From contig NIVC01000405.1 of NCBI GenBank assembly GCA_002269645.1, positions 180,956 to 244,955 on the forward strand: a DNA stretch of 64,000 nucleotides, in the 5' to 3' direction. The notes under the pieces are model-generated. The model saw only the letters and a program-made list of their open reading frames with translations. It was not told the origin of the DNA and made no database searches. Both the position numbers and the translations under genes were made by a program. This stretch comes from Macrostomum lignano. Its lineage: Eukaryota. Positions 57,293-64,000 of this stretch are shown piece after piece (positions within the stretch are counted from its first letter, which is position 1; each line of letters starts with the position of its first letter).

Positions 57293-58840
57293 GTCGTTCG
57301 TCTTGCGTTCACTTGTGTACATCGAGTTAAATGCTTGTTGTTGATTCTTAACCCCATATGCTAATGAAGCCGCAAACCCCGAGGAAAGAGTGGGAATTTT
57401 ATCTGCCACATTAAATTAAACGGACATTTAAAGAACAGGTTTGAGTTTTTAAATGAACATTTATCAAATTCTTGAGATTTTCTACCATAAACACTTGAAA
57501 CACTACTAGATGTAGTCTAGAAGAGTAGTTTCGCTAGCAAAAGTGATTTTATTTACTCTAGAAATATTTGACTTACACTCATTGGCTTTCGACTCATTTT
57601 GAGTTTAGAAAGACTTTTCTGGGAACCAATGATGCATGCAGTAGCTACAAAATATCATAAATATTGACATCGAGACTGCCAAGCAGTAGTAGGCTTGCTT
57701 CACTTGACACAGACACTATCCAGTAACAGTTGAGCATGTCCAAGTCGCCAAGCTTCGCTCGAAATGCGATCGGATTTCGCAAAGAGGCGAATCAAAATCT
57801 ACAGGGCAGCGGTACAGAGTGAGTTAGTCAGATAAGGACTCATTTATTTCTATAGACACCGTCAATGTAAATTGGTCTGTGTAAAGCCTTTGAATTATTG
57901 AAAGGGCCTCCTGTACTTTAGGCTGTGCTAATTAAAATGGAAATTTTGACCAAAAAAATTTGGAGTTTCGGCCAAGTTATATGTTACAAAAATGAGTGCT
58001 ATGTTACAAAAAAAAATTACTATTTTTGCGTAGCAGCTTTCCCACAATGGTAATTAAATGGTCTTTGATATTTTGTGACGACTTCGTTCATAACACCCTG
58101 AAAATGCCATATTGAACATGTGACTTGCACTGGATTGCCAGTGGATGTATCTGTGTACTCAGCTTAGGATCGGTTTTCATTGATGAAGGAGATCACCCAG
58201 CCTCACATCGATGTCGACTGTGAATTTAGGCGTGTGTGTAAATTTGTATTTATCGTCATCTTGAGTCAGGCCCAGTCGTACTCTATGAAAATGGTTTGAG
58301 TAATTAAGGTTGAGGCGGTGTCTCCAATGCCTCTTTTAGGATAAGACAATATAGGCGTTAACTGTGGTCCCAATGGTGGCACAATATTATTGCACTAAAG
58401 CACCGGTGACTGATGCAATGACTAGAACCATCTTCCAAGAACCATAATTGACTTGCATGAAGACCTAACAGTATAAAATTATGAAAACTGGTTTTGAAAG
58501 CTCACTCGCTGACCCTCAACCCAACTGAATGCACACTCTCACGGATACGTACGCATGCACACGATCACACTGGGTGTACAGCTGCCCTGGCTTTCTCATA
58601 TTGAGTCATGTACACTCATTGTGCCGTGGGGGTTGGCCATCATGGTTCGAGAATTGCACTATAAGCACCCCGGCCGATTCTCGTGCAAATTGGGCCCCTG
58701 ATCATACTTTTCATGGCTTTAAGTATTTTGCTTTATCTGTATTTAGTCTTTTATAAAAGTCTTTTCTTAAAAGTCAACAAATCCTCCAAATTCACCAAAG
58801 CGACGACAACAACGAAGGCGGCAACAATACGAAGGAGCCG

Positions 58841-61800
58841 ATGCTGATCGAGGACGGCGGGCGCACCATCGACCCGAGCGGCGGCTCGCGTCACAAGCCA
58901 GCGTCGCAGCCGGCAGCCGGAGGAGGGCCGCACAATCGTCAGGGCGGTTGCGTACAAAATTTGAAGGCAACTGTGCTCGAGCCGGAGAACATGCTGGTGA
59001 CCCTGACTGTGCTGTCGGTGGTGCTGGGCATCTTCATCGGCCTTCTAACCAGGCTAGCTCTGCCCGGCGAGCGCGCCAAGATGCTCATCGGCTTCCCCGG
59101 CGAGCTGCTCATGAACATGCTCAAGATGCTCATCATTCCGCTTATTGTATCGTCGCTAATTTCTGGTGAATTCTGTTTTAATTATGCTTATTGTCACGTG
59201 CTTTGATTTCTTATAAATTAGCTCAACTATTGTAGAAGCCAGAACTGAGATGAAGGGTTTCCAGGAGGCAGTTCCAAAACCATATTTAATACTCAAATTC
59301 CATATATTTATCCTATCTATACTTACGATTTTATGTCATTCTGGGATTGTTGAAGTTATATACAAGTTAGCTTTCAAAATTCAGAGGCAGAATGGAGTCA
59401 TGAATTTGTAGAATGGTACGCTCGTATTATCATTATTGAGCCTGTCGAAATCTAGGATTTTTTGAGGACCTCAAAGATTCGAGACCTTCAGATCTTCAAA
59501 GTAACTTGAAGCACTTCAAGATAGGCTCGGTTAATTTGCTTATAAATGATTCGGTACTAAGAACCCGGATACATTCCTAATGAAGGGTGAATGTAAAATT
59601 AGAGCGAGAAAAATGCAGTAATAACTGTTATATAAATTCGATTTAATCAACTTCTCAGGCCTCTCGAGTCTCGACGCGAAATCTTCCGGAAAGATGGGCT
59701 CCTGCGCCCTGCTGTACTACTTCTCCACCACCATAGCGGCCGTCATTCTTGGCATAATATTAGTTGTCACCATTCACCCAGGCAGCTCCGAGATTAAGAA
59801 GAGCGGCAACCAAGGCGAGAAAGTTTTGGCCAGACGGATGCCCAGCACTCTGGACTCATTTCTGGATTTGTTCAGGTGCGATCGTTGGTGAACGATTAGT
59901 GTTCAACATGATTTAGGTAGCTAGCACTGAAAGCTTTTCAATGTCTGAAAGCATTCATGAGTTGTTATGGCTCGATATTTACCTGATGTAGACAGTGAAA
60001 ACCTATGCTTTTCTGGTCACGGGGTACTTTGAGTTTACCTTAGGTGAAGAGCGTTAATTATACTAAGAGGTGGATTAGCTATTAGGACTCAGAGCGAGAG
60101 ACTATCAGGATGCTATAGTAAAAGCAAGTTGTTCTGCGCAACTCGTTAAGAAAATGCTTTAAATTCAGCTGACAACAATCTAATATGTAGCCAGTGACTT
60201 TAATTCCATGTAAGTCATGTAGCTTAGTAGTGGGTGGTTGTAGCCCAGTACATGGTTTAGCGCGGTGCTCTTATGTCATTACGCTAGTGTCAGGGCACCT
60301 CACAGTCACCTCTATAGGTCATTGCATTTCAACATTGCAGAAACATGTTCCCGGAAAATCTTATCGAAGCATGCTTCAAACAAGTGGCCACTGAAACTGT
60401 AGACGTGAATCAAACGTACTTGAATAAAACCACCAACACCACTGAGTGGATGATGGTGGAGAGCAGCAAAGTCACCAGCTTGTGGTCGACTAACGTTCTG
60501 GGTAAGTGATGATTTTTTATTGAATGCCTAAGTGAGAGTGATGATTTATATCATTTATGATAATATTTGAGGGGAACTAATTAATAAAAATAAAGAAAAA
60601 ATACATACAAAAGGCAAGTAAACAAAACTATTTTTGACGTAATAAAACGAGAGTTAAAAATCTGGTTCGCAAACTGAGTATTCAAAAACTATTTTTTTTC
60701 GGAATTTCACAGGCCTGGTGTCATTTTCAATCTTTTTCGGCATCATCATCGGCCAGATGGGAGATCAAGCGCTGCTCATGGTGCAGTTCTTCAACATCAT
60801 GAATGACATCATCATGCGCATGGTGAAGATCATAATGTGGTGAGTGATCAACGATTGAATCAGGAGCACATACGTGTACTATCTTGGAACTCCATGCATT
60901 GCAATAGAAGGTTCAAGTGTCCTTTAATAATCACCGACTGCAAAGAAACGTGCACAAAAGAAGCTTTCAGCATGAAAGACGCAATGACACGCCCAAATGT
61001 TTTTTCTTCAATATAAGCTGGATTAAATTGAAAATCTGATTTGATGCTCTGCTGTTGAATCCGGAAACACCTGCCAGGTAATTTAGTTTTCGAATGGATA
61101 GAAGACACGACAGCTCCGCGGGAGTTAATTTTTTGTTTGTCAATCGGAAATTGTTTTTGTCTTTTGTGAAGCTTCCTGGTTTAAAAAATTCACAAAGCAA
61201 GACCTCCCGATGCTCGTGCAGTCAGAAAATTTATTAACAAAATTAATTGTCATCTCATACTGTTACAACATCGTCAAAATGCTCAAACGACTGCAGGTAC
61301 TCACCGATCGGTATTTTCTTCCTGATTGCGAGCAAGATTCTTCTAATCAAGGATCTGACAACAACTGCTCAGAGTCTTGGTCTCTACATGATCACCGTGA
61401 TCCTAGGACTCATCATTCACTCCTGCCTCACTCTGTCCGTGTCATTCTTTGTGATGACAAGAAAGAATCCGTTGACGTTCTTTCGCGGCATCTTCCAAGC
61501 CTGGATAACCGCTCTGGGCACGGCGTCCTCCGCCGCCACCCTGCCGATCACCTTCCGCTGTCTGGAGGAGAACAACGGCGTTGATAAGCGCGTCACTCGA
61601 TTTGTGCTGCCCATCGGAGCCACGGTGAACATGGACGGTACGGCGTTGTACGAGGCTGTCGCCAGCATCTTCATTGCCCAGGTCAACGATATTCCACTGA
61701 ACTTTAGCCAGATCATTATTGTAAGGTAAGATCGTCACAGCTCTCACAATGAACAACTGGTATCATTCTACCGATTTCCACGGCTCTCACACTGCGCATT

Positions 61801-61974
61801 CGGCATGTAGCGTATCCTTCTCAAACCTCGAACCCGCAGCCTAACGGCCACCCTAGCAGCCATCGGAGCGGCCAGCGTTCCCAGCGCTGGCCTGGTCACC
61901 ATGGTGCTGGTTCTGTCCGCTGTTGGCCTACCAACTGACGATATCTCGTTGATTCTGGCTGTTGACTGGCTACT
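58841..61974 (+). CDS. SLC1A: Excitatory amino-acid (glutamate) transporter, SLC1/EAAT family; 3' end lies beyond the window
   Basis: Exons (58801)58841-59165, 59659-59875, 60341-60501, 60713-60839, 61297-61725 and 61840-61974. Motifs: [48 protein letters not shown] (HP1), NMDGT (TM7), [12 protein letters not shown] (HP2), LAVDWL. An AG at 58799-58800 opens in frame, so a small upstream first exon is possible. Confidence 0.95.
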
Positions 61975-63559
61975 GTAAGACATCCTCATTATTTATTTGG
62001 CCTAAACTTGATTGAGAGTAAACTTGTACAAAGTAATTAAGAAATATCTACTTGATAAGTAATTTGAGTCACAGATATCACAGACTTTTGTCGACAACAA
62101 AACAGCGTTGTACCGTATATTAGAAACTGAGAAAGAAGTAATCATAATCATAATCCCTCAAGCCCGATCTAATTACTCTTGCATTCATTCGGCTCTCCCT
62201 CTCCCTTATAATAAAATATCGTTCTACATCGCCTCTCTGCTCTCTCCTCAGTGGTCTGAGGTCTGAGAGAGATCCAGGCTGACTCCCTACTGGCCCTGTC
62301 AGAGTCGTTTAAAGTTGAGCGCCGCTCAAAAATATCCAATCCACTCGCGGTAATCAAGGTCTGGCATCTAACTGGCACTGCGGGGAATGGGTTGGGATAG
62401 CCAAGGAGACCTTTGGCTAAAATCTGGAGTGAGAAATCTTTCCAAAGTCCTCATTTTTCAATTTTTCAGTGTAGTTTGTGAGTTTGTGCTCAGAAAGACT
62501 TAGGCCGAGGTTCTGCGTCATTTTTTAAAACTGAAGCCAACGTTACCTAACGTAAATAATTCGTACAAATAACGGCTTTTATTGTCGACGTCGACAGAGT
62601 ATCTCGGCAATTAACGTTCGTTACGCTTTGGGGCTCTCGTGTGCATGAAAATTGGCCTGTGCATGGTTTGTTGTGCAATTCACCTCAAAACCAACCCCAA
62701 AATCACAGAATGTTTAAATGCCAGCGGATAAGTTAAAATTTGAATATGACTGTAGAATTTTCAGCATTGCAACTTTTTGATATCGAGCTCACAAATGTTT
62801 TTGTGGTGCTTGAAAAAACTTCCATAGAAACTATTAAGCGTAGCTCGTAATCTTCTATTACAATTTCAAATACGAGTAGGCACTTCTATCAATCCAACTG
62901 GCACGATTTCAAAAAGTAAGATCCGGAGAACTTATTCAGTTTCTTTAAGAACGACACCACCTTTCAAAAATATCAGCTGTTGTAGCCAACCTTAAGCTTA
63001 TGTTGAAAACTAAGAAATTGGAAAAGAGTTTCACGTCAGATTCGGTCTCAAGTTCTCCTTGGTAGAAACACTCTTCCAGGGATGGAGGAAGGCCAGCAGT
63101 GAGGCTTGTGCGGCGATGGTTTTTTTGTCAGTCTCGCGGTCCTGATTTTTTCTCTCGAAAAGCTAAGGAATATTTTTGGCTAGCTACATGTAAAGTTTTA
63201 ACCCTCCTCCCCCGCTGTGAAGAAGCAACATCCCCTAAGGCGATGCTGGAAGAACTTTGGTGTCCAGAGCAGATCTGAGACGTTAATTAGAGCCCAGGTC
63301 GCGATGTTTTGTCTGCACGAAACTAATAATGAACGCGGAACTGTGCTCATGTTGCATTTATCCAGCTACTGAGACATTCGTACAGTTCCCTCATTATCCT
63401 CGAAGGATTAATCGGATTGCGGATGTAACTTTTATAAAATATCCTTACAGGAGCGATGGGTAAAAGGTCCCAGCAGCTTGAATCGCCTCTCCGACGGACT
63501 CTGTTTCTTAAAAGCAGCGTTAGCCAGAGCTCTTACAAGTGGGTTATTAATCTAAAACA

Positions 63560-64000
63560 TCAAATCCCCCCAACATCAACCCCTCACACCAAACATAAAA
63601 TCCTCGCACCAAACATCAAATCCTACCACCACGAATCCTCCCCAAATATCAAATCCTCACTCCGAAAATCAACCCCTCACATCAAACATAAAATCCTCTC
63701 TCAACCTTAAACCTCCTACAACATCAACTCCTCCCTCGAACATCAAATACTCCCCCAAGCATCAACTCCTTACACCAAACATCAAATCCACCCTAAAACA
63801 TCAAGTTCTCTCCAAAAACATCAAATCCTCCCTCAAGCATCAACTCCTCCCTCAAACATCAACTCCTCCCTCAAACATCAACTCCTCCCTCAAACATCAA
63901 CTCCTCCCTCAAACATCAACTCCTCCCTCAAACATCAACTCCTCCCTCAAACATCAACTCCTCCCTCAAACATCAACTCCTCCCTCAAACATCAACTCCT
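63560..64000. repeat. 19-bp minisatellite (AAACATCAACTCCTCCCTC) in an EAAT intron
   Basis: Degenerate at the start, perfect at the window end. Confidence 0.95.

Overview
Eukaryotic, intron-rich, very repeat-rich animal DNA. The CpG-rich Q/A-rich exons and minisatellite-filled introns suggest a free-living flatworm such as Macrostomum (inference). Five protein-coding genes were reconstructed by hand from splice sites: the 3' end of a cytosolic phospholipase A2 (+), a DEG/ENaC channel (+, 6 exons, 592 aa), ubinuclein (-, 6 exons, 1292 aa), FBXW10-like (+, 8 exons, 1390 aa, one GC-AG intron) and the 5' part of an SLC1A/EAAT glutamate transporter (+). Mobile DNA includes a decayed mariner, several MITEs, a CORE-SINE, an RTE-like LINE fragment and a solo LTR. 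Two observations stand out. (1) A 4557-bp foldback element at 25818-30374 has a perfect 9-bp TSD and modular palindromic arms that include 195-bp tandem units and a captured LINE fragment, with a solo LTR inserted later in one arm. (2) A ~7-kb block at ~17.9-25.3 kb is almost devoid of CpG, and its repeat copies differ by C>T/G>A changes at CpG and also CpA, a methylation-deamination or RIP-like signature. Most long ORFs in the track are artefacts of tandem repeats. All counts were made by eye.
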